From Candidatus Nanopelagicales bacterium (GTDB lineage Bacteria > Actinomycetota > Actinomycetes > S36-B12 > UBA5976), in contig JAGYJD010000007.1 in the NCBI GenBank assembly GCA_018402365.1, positions 1,929 through 65,928 on the forward strand: DNA of 64,000 nucleotides, given 5' to 3'. Below, in pieces: positions 21,415-29,997 of the stretch. A program made the translations under genes and the position numbers. Numbering within the stretch: the stretch's first letter is position 1; every line of letters starts with the position of its first letter. Below the pieces are notes generated by a model. The model was not told the DNA's origin. It searched no databases and was given only the letters and a program-made list of their open reading frames with translations.

Positions 21415-21436
21415 AAAATAATCTTAGGAGTTTGCG

Positions 21437-22339
21437 GTGAGCGTCAATTTAATGAAGGCAAAAGATCTTGCAAAAGACTTCTTGTTGTCAGAAATTGAAG
21501 TTGATCGGGTGGGGAATTATCTCGAAAGTAAGACTGAAGCCGAAAATACAGCAACTCACTTTTTTGCAACTTTGGATAAGGGTTACCGAGGTTGGATGTG
21601 GGCGGTCACAGTAAGCGGTACTGAGAACATTTCACTTAGTGAAATAGTTTTGATCCCTGGGCCTGAAGCTTTACTCGCACCTAAATGGATACCTTGGCAA
21701 GAAAGATTGCAGTCAGGTGATTTAGGCGTTGGCGATGTTCTGCCAACGGCAGCAGATGATGCCAGATTAGTTGCGGGATTTACGCAAGTTGATGGTTTGT
21801 TTGACGAGACCAGCACTCCCTTCGGTTGGGAAGTTGGATTAGGTCGAAAAAGAGTCTTATCAGAAATTGGACGAGAGCAAGCGATAAACCGGTGGCACGG
21901 ATCAACTCATGGCCCCGACACCCCAATGGCTGAATTAGCAACCGATAAATGTCAAAGTTGTGGATTTTTTGTTCCGCTTAGCGGAGTGCTGGGCAGAATG
22001 TTTGGGGTTTGTGCAAATTCTTATGCGCAAGATGATGGAAAAGTAGTTTCGCTCGATCACGGTTGCGGCGGCCACTCAGAAGTTGTTTCAGATACTAAAT
22101 CGGTTTTGTTGGGAACGACTGTGATTGATGATTCAGGATTTTTAGTTCCTGAAGAAATAGATGATGACTTACGCGAAGAGCAAGAGTTGGAAGATGCTGA
22201 CTTAAAAGAAGTTGATGAGTTTGCCCACGACGGGGTCGAGGTAGAAGAAGACGATGACGAGGCCAGCGCTGAATTAGCAGAAGAAGCCCATCGACTCGAA
22301 ATTTTGGATGAAGTGCTTAACAACAATGAAGAAAACTAA
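21437..22339 (+). CDS. DUF3027 family protein with acidic tail
   Basis: GYRGWMWAVT, LAPKWIPWQERL..GDLGVGD and CxxCGF...FGVCAN...DHGCGGHSE motifs. Confidence 0.88.
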   Translation: MSVNLMKAKDLAKDFLLSEIEVDRVGNYLESKTEAENTATHFFATLDKGYRGWMWAVTVSGTENISLSEIVLIPGPEALLAPKWIPWQERLQSGDLGVGDVLPTAADDARLVAGFTQVDGLFDETSTPFGWEVGLGRKRVLSEIGREQAINRWHGSTHGPDTPMAELATDKCQSCGFFVPLSGVLGRMFGVCANSYAQDDGKVVSLDHGCGGHSEVVSDTKSVLLGTTVIDDSGFLVPEEIDDDLREEQELEDADLKEVDEFAHDGVEVEEDDDEASAELAEEAHRLEILDEVLNNNEEN

Positions 22340-22548
22340 AGACTTTTTTCGCGTCTTCTATTTAATATTAAATACCCCATAAAGCCAAGAATGGCTCCAG
22401 TTAAACAAACCTGTAACCAAAATAAGGCAGCGGCATCATTAAGTACCCAAAATCGAAACAGAAAAACCAAGAAAAATAAAAAGAACAGCAAGGTTCCGAC
22501 TTTGATTTCTCGGATTCCGTCTAATTTCAGCGGGCTTAGCTCTTTCAC
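22336..22548 (-). CDS. DUF2530-like small membrane protein
   Basis: Two TM segments, VGT..F and W..VCLTG..LG.MG, basic tail; usual neighbour of DUF3027 and serC. Confidence 0.65.
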   Translation of the reverse strand: MKELSPLKLDGIREIKVGTLLFFLFFLVFLFRFWVLNDAAALFWLQVCLTGAILGFMGYLILNRRREKSL

Positions 22549-22555
22549 AAATCAA

Positions 22556-22573
22556 ATGCTATCCCACTAGCAT
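22556..22573. promoter_or_regulatory. Palindromic back-to-back -10 elements (ATGCTA-N6-TAGCAT)
   Basis: TAGCAT lies 6 nt before ATG 22580 (+) and 7 nt before GTG 22548 (-). Confidence 0.6.
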
Positions 22574-22579
22574 TGAGCT

Positions 22580-22660
22580 ATGTCCCAACGAACAAGAAGA
22601 ATCGTTACTTTAATAGTACTTTTTGGAATGGTTTTATCAGTTTTTGTCGCAGCTATCTAA
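22580..22660 (+). CDS. 26-aa single-pass membrane microprotein MSQRTRRIVTLIVLFGMVLSVFVAAI
   Basis: Manual translation. It fills the intergenic gap, has a -10 element at leaderless spacing, a basic N-terminus plus 19 uncharged residues, and a 4-bp overlap with the convergent XRE stop. Confidence 0.6.
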   Translation: MSQRTRRIVTLIVLFGMVLSVFVAAI

Positions 22661-22935
22661 AAATTATCTTTAGATAAATGCGCGTCTGGTTTAAGTAAAT
22701 CTTCTGGAGTAACTTCTAAGGCGTAAGCAATTGCCCAAATATTATCCAAAGACGGAGAGTAAAGACCATTCTCTAATCGAGAGATAGTTTTTCTATCTAG
22801 CTCAGTTTGTTCAGCTAGTTCTTCTTGAGTTAAATTTCTGAACAAGCGATAATTTCTTACCGCACGTCCGAATGCTCTACGCTTAATTCGGATTTCGAAG
22901 TTTGATCTTTGTCCCATTGACAGATTTTTATGCAT
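22657..22935 (-). CDS. XRE-family helix-turn-helix regulator
   Basis: FGRAVRNYR..RNLTQEELAE...LDRKTISRLENG...PSL...IAYALEV. Confidence 0.88.
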   Translation of the reverse strand: MHKNLSMGQRSNFEIRIKRRAFGRAVRNYRLFRNLTQEELAEQTELDRKTISRLENGLYSPSLDNIWAIAYALEVTPEDLLKPDAHLSKDNF

Positions 22936-22983
22936 AAAACTAAATAAGTCTGTACCAAAAATGGTACAGACTTATTTAGTTTT
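22936..22983. repeat. Perfect 22-bp inverted repeat (terminator and/or operator)
   Basis: AAAACTAAATAAGTCTGTACCA-AAAA-TGGTACAGACTTATTTAGTTTT; it overlaps the serC stop and abuts the XRE ATG. Confidence 0.9.
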
Positions 22984-24096
22984 CGCTACTACCCAGTCGA
23001 TGGCAGCGGTTAAAGTTTGAACATCACTTAGTTCAATTGCAGGAAAGGTTGCAATTCTCAATTGGTTTCTTCCCAATTTTCGATAAGGCTCAACGTCAAC
23101 AATTCCGTTATTTCTCAGTATTTTGGCAATTAAATCTGCATTAATGCTCTCATCAAAGTCTATGGTGGCAATAACGCTGCTTCTTAGATTCTTGTCTTGA
23201 ACAAATGGAGTTAAATACTCTTGTTTTTCAGCCCATTGATACAAATGTTCAGAAGAAGCTTTACTGCGACCTGCCGCCCACGAAAGCCCACCATTTTTGT
23301 TGAACCATTCGACTTGTTCACTCATTAAAAAGATTGTGGAAAGGCTAGGAGTGTTATAGGTCTGATCTAATCGAGAATTCTCTAAAGCAATAGATAAATC
23401 TAAAATTGGTGGAATAAACCGATTTTGAGACTTAATTTTTTCAATTTGAGCTACTAACTGGGGGCTAACAAGGGCTATAAATAATCCACCTTCAGATCCA
23501 AAAGATTTTTGAGGAGCAAAGTAGTAACAATCAAAATCTTTAGCTTCAACCAACGCTCCACCGGCGGCGCTAGTGGCATCAAATAGAAATAAACCCTGCT
23601 GGCTAACTCTTTTAACAGGCTTCATCACTCCGGTACTAGTTTCGTTATGAGGAGTGGCATAAACATCAAATTGCGCATGTGGCAAAAAGTCAGGAGCAGA
23701 TCCCGGCTCGGATTTGATAATTTCAATATTTTTTAAATGTGGGGCGGCTTTTGCGCTAGCAGCAAATTTTGAACCAAATTCACCAAATGAAAGAAATTGA
23801 GCATTTTCTTCAATAATGGAAAAGACTGCGGCATCCCAAAATAAGGTGGAGCCACCATTTCCCAAAATAATTTCATAATCTGCGGGAAGATTAAAAAACT
23901 CGCTCAAGCCAGCTCTTAATTTGGCTACTTCATTTTTGACAGGTTTTTGCCGGTGGGAGGTACCCAAAAAATGGCGATTTTGTCGGGCGAGTGCGACGAG
24001 CTGTTCGTCGCGCACTTTGCTGGGACCCGCACCAAAGCGGCCATCTTTAGGAATTAAATCTGAGGGTAGTTTTATCTGCTCAAGGTCAATTGACAA
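22972..24096 (-). CDS. serC: Phosphoserine aminotransferase
   Basis: DGRFGAGPSKVR, GTSHRQ, HNETSTG, YYFAPQK and EPYRKLGRNQLRI motifs. Confidence 0.95.
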   Translation of the reverse strand: MSIDLEQIKLPSDLIPKDGRFGAGPSKVRDEQLVALARQNRHFLGTSHRQKPVKNEVAKLRAGLSEFFNLPADYEIILGNGGSTLFWDAAVFSIIEENAQFLSFGEFGSKFAASAKAAPHLKNIEIIKSEPGSAPDFLPHAQFDVYATPHNETSTGVMKPVKRVSQQGLFLFDATSAAGGALVEAKDFDCYYFAPQKSFGSEGGLFIALVSPQLVAQIEKIKSQNRFIPPILDLSIALENSRLDQTYNTPSLSTIFLMSEQVEWFNKNGGLSWAAGRSKASSEHLYQWAEKQEYLTPFVQDKNLRSSVIATIDFDESINADLIAKILRNNGIVDVEPYRKLGRNQLRIATFPAIELSDVQTLTAAIDWVVAKTK

Positions 24097-24104
24097 AGTG
24101 GCCC

Positions 24105-25211
24105 TTAGTTTTCATAAAGACTTGTAGAAAAACCTGTGACAGATTCTGGTTTACGGGGCTTTTCACCAATGTAGAGAGCGGCTGGCCGCACCAATCTGGC
24201 AGTTTTCTTTTGCTCCAAAATATGAGCGCTCCACCCAGCAAGTCGGGCACAGGTGAACATTGAAGTGAACATACTGGCGGGCACTTGCGCATAGTCAAGC
24301 ACGATGGCAGCCCAAAATTCAACGTTTGTTTCAATTACGCGTTCAGGTCTGCGGGATTTTAATTCGGCTAAGGCAGCTTTTTCTAGCGCCTCTGCAACTT
24401 CATAACGAGGGGCAGCTAATTCTTTTGCAGTTTTTCTTAAAACACGAGCCCGCGGATCTTCGGCCCGATAAACCCGATGCCCAAATCCCATAAGTCTTTC
24501 GCCAGAATCTAAAAGATTTTTTACATACTTTTCAGGATCACCATTTTTTTCAATATCTTCAATCATGTGAAGTACTCGACTAGGAGCTCCACCGTGTAAG
24601 GGTCCGCTCATTGCGCCAATCGCACCGCTGATTGACGCGGCAACATCTGCACCTGTTGAGGCAATAACTCGTCCGGTAAAAGTTGAAGCATTCATGCCAT
24701 GTTCGGCTGCTGAAACAAAATAAGCATCGACTGCTTTAACGTGCTTTGGATCGGGCTCTCCGCGCCAGCGCTTCATGAATCTTTCAACTAAATTGTTAGA
24801 TTCATTGATGCTTTCATTTGGAACTTTAGGTAATTGCTCACCCCGCGCAGATTGTGCAACGTAAGCCATGGCGTTCACTGAAGTATGTGCTAAATCTTCG
24901 CGTGCTTGTTCATCTGAAATATCAAGTAATGGTTTGAAATTGAATTCGGTGGTGGTCATGGCGATTGCTGCTTGCACATCAACTCTGACATCGCCAGTGT
25001 GTATCGGCAAAGAAGGAGGATTCTCTAGCGGCAAACCTGGTTCAAAAGCGTTATCAACTAAAAGTCCCCAAACTTTTGCGTAGGTGACTTTTCCGACTAA
25101 ATCCTCAATATCCACCCCGCGATAGCGAAGCGCGCTGCCTTCCTTATCGGGTTCGGCAATTTCACTTTCGAAAGCTACAACACCCTCTAGACCGGGTTTA
25201 AAGTCTGACAT
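24105..25211 (-). CDS. citA: Citrate synthase 2
   Basis: AAEHGMNASTF, GPLHGGA, MGFGHRVYR and TNVEFW motifs. Confidence 0.92.
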   Translation of the reverse strand: MSDFKPGLEGVVAFESEIAEPDKEGSALRYRGVDIEDLVGKVTYAKVWGLLVDNAFEPGLPLENPPSLPIHTGDVRVDVQAAIAMTTTEFNFKPLLDISDEQAREDLAHTSVNAMAYVAQSARGEQLPKVPNESINESNNLVERFMKRWRGEPDPKHVKAVDAYFVSAAEHGMNASTFTGRVIASTGADVAASISGAIGAMSGPLHGGAPSRVLHMIEDIEKNGDPEKYVKNLLDSGERLMGFGHRVYRAEDPRARVLRKTAKELAAPRYEVAEALEKAALAELKSRRPERVIETNVEFWAAIVLDYAQVPASMFTSMFTCARLAGWSAHILEQKKTARLVRPAALYIGEKPRKPESVTGFSTSLYEN

Positions 25212-25278
25212 AAGACCCTTCTATTCAATTTTGTAGCCTTATTCTTACTGATTCCGAGTTCTCTGGTGGAATCGGGTC

Positions 25279-25932
25279 ATGGCAAAAAGTCAAGACTGGT
25301 TTAACAAATTAAGAATCTCTTATGAGATCGGCGAATTGAATGATGGTGATTTACACCACGACCCATTTGAGCAATTTAGAATCTGGCTAGAAGCCGCAGC
25401 AACCCAGCAGTTGCCCGAACCAAATGCTTTTGTCTTGTCTACCGTGGATCAAACTCACACCCCATCTAGCAGAACTGTGCTCTTAAAGTCTTTTGACACT
25501 AAAGGATTTGTTTTCTTTTCAAATTACAATTCAAAAAAAGCTAAGAGTATTGAATTAAATCCAAAAGTAGTAATGAATTTTCTTTGGCTTCCGCTGCATC
25601 GCCAAGTAATTATTGAAGGAACTGCAACAAAAATCTCTCGTGAAGATTCTGAAGATTATTTCAAGACCAGACCCATCTCTTCACAATTAGGAGCGTGGAC
25701 CAGCCCACAATCTGAGGTAATAGAAAATCGTGAAGTGCTTGAAAAACGAGCCCAGGAGTTCAGCGAAAAATTTCAAGATCAAGTTCCGATGCCAGATTTT
25801 TGGGGAGGATTCATAATTGACCCAAATTTGATTGAATTCTGGCAAGGAAGACCTAGCCGACTGCATGATCGCTTTAGGTACACAAAAGAAACAAAAAATT
25901 CTACTTGGAAATTAAATCGAATTGCACCTTAA
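25279..25932 (+). CDS. pdxH: Pyridoxine/pyridoxamine 5'-phosphate oxidase
   Basis: SRTVLLK, FFSNY.S.K and EFWQGRPSRLHDR motifs. Confidence 0.95.
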   Translation: MAKSQDWFNKLRISYEIGELNDGDLHHDPFEQFRIWLEAAATQQLPEPNAFVLSTVDQTHTPSSRTVLLKSFDTKGFVFFSNYNSKKAKSIELNPKVVMNFLWLPLHRQVIIEGTATKISREDSEDYFKTRPISSQLGAWTSPQSEVIENREVLEKRAQEFSEKFQDQVPMPDFWGGFIIDPNLIEFWQGRPSRLHDRFRYTKETKNSTWKLNRIAP

Positions 25933-27293
25933 TTCTTTTTAATTTTTTCATACATCGCTAAGGCATGTTCTCTTTCAGTTGCATGATCTACCATTGGTTC
26001 GGGATAGCCGTGCGCGTGACCGAGCGGATGTTTCCAAGGTTCGTGCACACTGCCATCTGTAATATGACTTAATTCTTTGATCCAAGTTCGTACGTAGTCA
26101 CCTTTAGGATCAAACTTGAGTGCTTGAGTAATTGGATTAAAAATTCTGAAATATGGTGCCGCATCTGTGCCACAACCTGCGACCCATTGCCACCCATGTG
26201 AATTGCTGGCAATGTCACCATCAATTAAATGTTCCATAAACCAGGCGGCACCCTCACGCCAATGAATATGTAGATCTTTAACCAAAAAACTACCGACGAT
26301 CATTCGCACTCGATTGTGCATCCAGCCAGTTTCAATCAATTGACGCATTCCCGCATCCACAATTGGGTAGCCAGTTAGTCCGTTTTTCCATTTCGTTAGT
26401 TCTGAAGCATGAGTTTTGGAATTACCCCAACCCATTTTTTCCCAAGTAGAATTTAATGAAATAGTTTCGCTGTGAGGATTATGAGCTAAAACATCTGCAT
26501 AAAATTCTCGCCAACAGATCTCTTTGCGAAATGTTTCTTCATCCTCGCTATCACCTAGTTGGGTCAAGATGGTTCTTGGATGAATCTCACCGAAGCGAAG
26601 TGGAAAACTCAATTTACTGGTGCCAGTTAAGTCAGGTCTATTACGGTTTTCGCCGTAGCCTCGCATGCCTTTTTTTGAGAAGTCCTCAAAGATATTCAGA
26701 GCATGCTCTTCACCACAATTTATAACCTCAAATTCACCTGCAACTTGTGGGAGTGCTTCACTTTTCATCGGAAGAAACCAATTAGGTTTTTCTTTTGGCA
26801 AAACTGCGGGCTTCCTCCAGCCGTGAGCGCTCCATGCTCTATAAAAAGGGGTGTACACGCGGTAAGGGGTTCCGTCGTCTTTTCTGACTCTGAGTGGTGA
26901 AACCGCGTAAGGCGAACCAGTTCTCACTAACTTAATACCATTTTTTTTGAGTATTGCTTCAACTTTGTCATCGCGCACTCTTCCGTAAGGTTCAAAATCT
27001 TCACTGATATGAACCGAAGTGGCTCTAGCTTTTTGAGCAACTTCTAAAATTACTTTTTCAGGGGCGCCAGACTTTATAAGTAAATTGCCATTGAGAGATT
27101 TATTTAATTGGGTAAGTGAGCAATTTTGATAAACTTTTTGTTTATCGCTGGCTGGATCGAAAACTTTTGCATCAATATTAAATAGCGCTACAACTTTTTT
27201 ACCATCAGTGGTAAGTGCCTCTTCAATGGCGTTTGCCAAAGCAGGGTTGTCCCCTAGTCGCAGGTCTCGGCGAAACCAAAAGACGGTTGTCAT
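25929..27293 (-). CDS. phrB: Deoxyribodipyrimidine (CPD) photolyase
   Basis: WFRRDLRL.DNPAL, TS.LS..LRFG, WMHNRVRM and WQWVAG.G.DAAPYFRIFNP motifs. Confidence 0.93.
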   Translation of the reverse strand: MTTVFWFRRDLRLGDNPALANAIEEALTTDGKKVVALFNIDAKVFDPASDKQKVYQNCSLTQLNKSLNGNLLIKSGAPEKVILEVAQKARATSVHISEDFEPYGRVRDDKVEAILKKNGIKLVRTGSPYAVSPLRVRKDDGTPYRVYTPFYRAWSAHGWRKPAVLPKEKPNWFLPMKSEALPQVAGEFEVINCGEEHALNIFEDFSKKGMRGYGENRNRPDLTGTSKLSFPLRFGEIHPRTILTQLGDSEDEETFRKEICWREFYADVLAHNPHSETISLNSTWEKMGWGNSKTHASELTKWKNGLTGYPIVDAGMRQLIETGWMHNRVRMIVGSFLVKDLHIHWREGAAWFMEHLIDGDIASNSHGWQWVAGCGTDAAPYFRIFNPITQALKFDPKGDYVRTWIKELSHITDGSVHEPWKHPLGHAHGYPEPMVDHATEREHALAMYEKIKKN

Positions 27294-27459
27294 GCCTCAT
27301 AGATTAAGCGAAAAAACCAAAATAGGCACTAATACTAGATTTTTATGAGATTCTGCTCACCTTTAGTTGTTCAACGGTGTGAACGGTGAGACCTATCGCC
27401 AAGTGAGTGTGTTAGTTTAAATTAAAATCTTTACAGATTTAGGCATATAAGAGGAGCTA

Positions 27460-28209
27460 ATGAGTTACTTAAAACGTCTAGTTACCAGCTTGGTGTTGGT
27501 AATGGGATTGTTAGTAACCACAGTTGCCCCAAGTTTTGCAAATTCTTATCCTGGTTCTCAACATTTTGTGACCGGGCAACAAAATCAGCATGTAGCTGAA
27601 GTTCAAAAATGGTTAATAAGTTTGGGTTATGAAATCTCGGTTGCTAATGGCCGTTACGGTCCACAAACTACTGCCGCAATTTCTAAATTTTATGCCGATA
27701 TCAATAACTCCAGTGACGGAGCAACTTTGGGCCCAAAGGGTTGGGCTCGGATTAGAGACGCGGCAAGCGCCAAGGCAGGTTCTGTTAGTGCCCCCACCGA
27801 GAAAACTAAAAAAACAGAAAAGATTGATTCTGAAAACGCCAACCGAGATGCCAAAGTTGAGAAGGTAATTGCGAAAGCTGCCAGCATGGCTGGTACCCCT
27901 TATCGTCGAGGTGGCACCGATCCCAGTCGCGGTCTTGATTGCTCAGGATTTATTTTAAATGCTATGAAACCAGTTGGGATTTCATTTGGCCGCACCTCAA
28001 GAGATATGCGAGCAGAAACCAAGAAAATAAGTAAGGCTGAAGCACAAGTTGGCGACTTAATTTTTTATCACAACCGTAAAGGCGTGGTTTACCACGTTGG
28101 TATTTACGCGGGTGGTAACAAAATTTGGCATGCCCGTCAACCAGGTCAACGTGCTGCCAAGACTCCAATTTATGCAAAGAATGTTTCGTACGGCCGCGTA
28201 AATTATTAA
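27460..28209 (+). CDS. Secreted NlpC/P60 peptidoglycan hydrolase with a PG-binding-1 domain
   Basis: Signal peptide; V..VQ..L..LGY.....G.YGPQT..AI..F; GTPY..GG...GLDCSG...HVGIYAG. Confidence 0.9.
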   Translation: MSYLKRLVTSLVLVMGLLVTTVAPSFANSYPGSQHFVTGQQNQHVAEVQKWLISLGYEISVANGRYGPQTTAAISKFYADINNSSDGATLGPKGWARIRDAASAKAGSVSAPTEKTKKTEKIDSENANRDAKVEKVIAKAASMAGTPYRRGGTDPSRGLDCSGFILNAMKPVGISFGRTSRDMRAETKKISKAEAQVGDLIFYHNRKGVVYHVGIYAGGNKIWHARQPGQRAAKTPIYAKNVSYGRVNY

Positions 28210-28229
28210 ATTAGTAGTTAAATCTTTTG

Positions 28230-28302
28230 TGCCCTCGAAGGGAATTGAACCCCCAACCAATTGCTTAGGACGCAACTGCTCTATCCGTTGAGCTACGAGG
28301 GC
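28230..28302 (-). tRNA. tRNA-Arg(CCT)
   Basis: GCCCTCGTAGCTCAACGGATAGAGCAGTTGCGTCCTAAGCAATTGGTTGGGGGTTCAATTCCCTTCGAGGGCA folds as a cloverleaf. Confidence 0.9.
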
Positions 28303-28309
28303 CAATTTG

Positions 28310-28890
28310 CTATTGACCACGAATCACTAAAGATAATTTTAGATTGCCACTACCAGCCAAGCCAACCGCCTCTTGTGGTTCAGCTGCAACTAACACTAAG
28401 ACCCCTTGGGAGTTAGTAAAAGATTGACTCTCTGGATATAACGCCACAATTTTTACTCTTTGCGCCAACAGTCTGGCTGGGGAATTGGCGTCGCTGCTGG
28501 CAACGATATCAACAATTTGACCAGGCTTAATAATCTTGGTTATTTGAGTGTCAGCAATTCTAACTGGAACAAAGTCTTTATCTGAAAAATTTGCCACCAT
28601 AAATCTACTGCTAGTTAACTGTTCACCTTTTTGTAAGTCACTATGTAATACCAATTCTGTTAGTTCTGATTCTGAAATAGCATTTGGTGCTTTATATTTG
28701 GCCGGAATAGAAACTGTTTCAAAATCATTAGCAGTCATTTCTTTAAGATACCTATTCTTTAAACCAGTTTTCAGGCCATTTATAAGAAGACTCAGCCATG
28801 TCAAAGGTGCATGTTAAGATGAAGAGTGTCTCTTTGCCAATTTTAGAGTGCATTCATTCTATAATAGTCCAATAGATCAGAAAAGTAACT
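28310..28890 (-). CDS. SAF/RcpC-CpaB-like protein; 5' part in noisy sequence, start approximate
   Basis: GEQLT..R, VPVRIAD....IKPG..VDIVA and G.LVLVA motifs; next to the FmdB gene as in other actinobacteria. Confidence 0.6.
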
Positions 28891-29014
28891 TTTCATTCTA
28901 TAAAGACTACAAAGATCTTAAGTTATGAGATTTTTATCCACATTAAAGGCTTAGTTAAAGCAGCATTTGATCAACCATTTGTTAATTCTCTTTAGAATCG
29001 AGAGGAAGGGTGCA

Positions 29015-29173
29015 TTAAAAGCCAGATCCTTTGAAGACCACCCCTACATTTGAGAATTGCTTTCGCACTTCGCCATCACATTTTGGACAATTCTTTAAAG
29101 TTTCATCAGTAAAGGACTGAACCACCTCAAAGTCATGATCACACTCAGTGCAGCGATATTGATAAGTAGGCAT
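29015..29173 (-). CDS. FmdB-family zinc-ribbon protein (3' end probably truncated by error)
   Basis: MPTYQYRCTEC...CPKC.G..RK.F..VGVVFKGSGF. Confidence 0.88.
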   Translation of the reverse strand: MPTYQYRCTECDHDFEVVQSFTDETLKNCPKCDGEVRKQFSNVGVVFKGSGF

Positions 29174-29230
29174 GACTCCTATTTTGCCGAAGGTCTGCAA
29201 AAACTGCCGCCTCAGGCTTAATCTAGGAAC

Positions 29231-29610
29231 ATGAAAATGCCTATTTGGCTATTGGTCGCATGTTAGGGAGCGATAGGTAGCGTTAAGCCAGTGGACTGAA
29301 GTATAAAGAATCTTTCTGTGATTTGACTTGACAGCTTATTGTTTTGGTTGACTATTTTTCTGTAACTTTTATAAAAATATGGTGGTTTCATTCTGGAGGT
29401 TTGAGCAGGATTTACCTTGTTGTTGTGTATTATGGAAAAACTTTGACCCATTGGAAGTTTTGGAGATTCATACTTTCAGACTAGTTGTATCTTGAATTCT
29501 TGTTAGCTTTACCTTGATCGTTACTGAGTTTATTACCTTAAATATTTTCTCTACTATCTTTTTGCATTTTGCTGAAAGGCAGTTGGCATGAGTGCTGAGA
29601 AAAAGAGTGA
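29231..29610 (+). CDS. Probable first Fluc/CrcB subunit, frameshifted in low-quality sequence; end approximate
   Basis: MKMPIWLLVA..GAIGS start resembles the Fluc TM1 GG.G motif; about 380 bp directly upstream of an intact fluC. Confidence 0.45.
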
Positions 29611-29613
29611 ACT

Positions 29614-29997
29614 ATGAGCACAATTTTTATGATTGCGATAGGCGGTGCGGTCGGTGCACTAATTCGTTGGCGACTTGCGCATTTCACCACGCATGACCAC
29701 ATGCCGATTGGCACCCTGCTCGCCAACACGCTCGGAAGTTTTTTGGTGGGGCTTTCAACTGCGCTCTATGCAGATGCATTTTTTAGCAATACTGGCGTGA
29801 TTGCCCTTCTGTATCCCTTAATCGCAATTGGCTTAGCGGGATCAATTTCAACCATGAGCACGGTAGCGCTAGAAATTAAAAATATTACCCGCTTAAAAAA
29901 TATTGCTACTACCTTTGGTTATTTAACAGTCAGTATTGGTCTAGGGATTTTGGCGTTAGTACTAGGTATTTGGCTCGGTACCAGTGGACCATTTTAA
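29614..29997 (+). CDS. crcB: Fluoride channel Fluc/CrcB
   Basis: IAIGGAVGALIRW and P.GTLLANTLGSFLVG; divergent TM3 GLAGSISTMST. Confidence 0.82.
   Translation: MSTIFMIAIGGAVGALIRWRLAHFTTHDHMPIGTLLANTLGSFLVGLSTALYADAFFSNTGVIALLYPLIAIGLAGSISTMSTVALEIKNITRLKNIATTFGYLTVSIGLGILALVLGIWLGTSGPF

Noticed and set aside
25929-28302. Genomic island at tRNA-Arg carrying NlpC/P60 and photolyase
   Set aside because: No integrase, no duplicated tRNA 3' end seen and no clear compositional shift.
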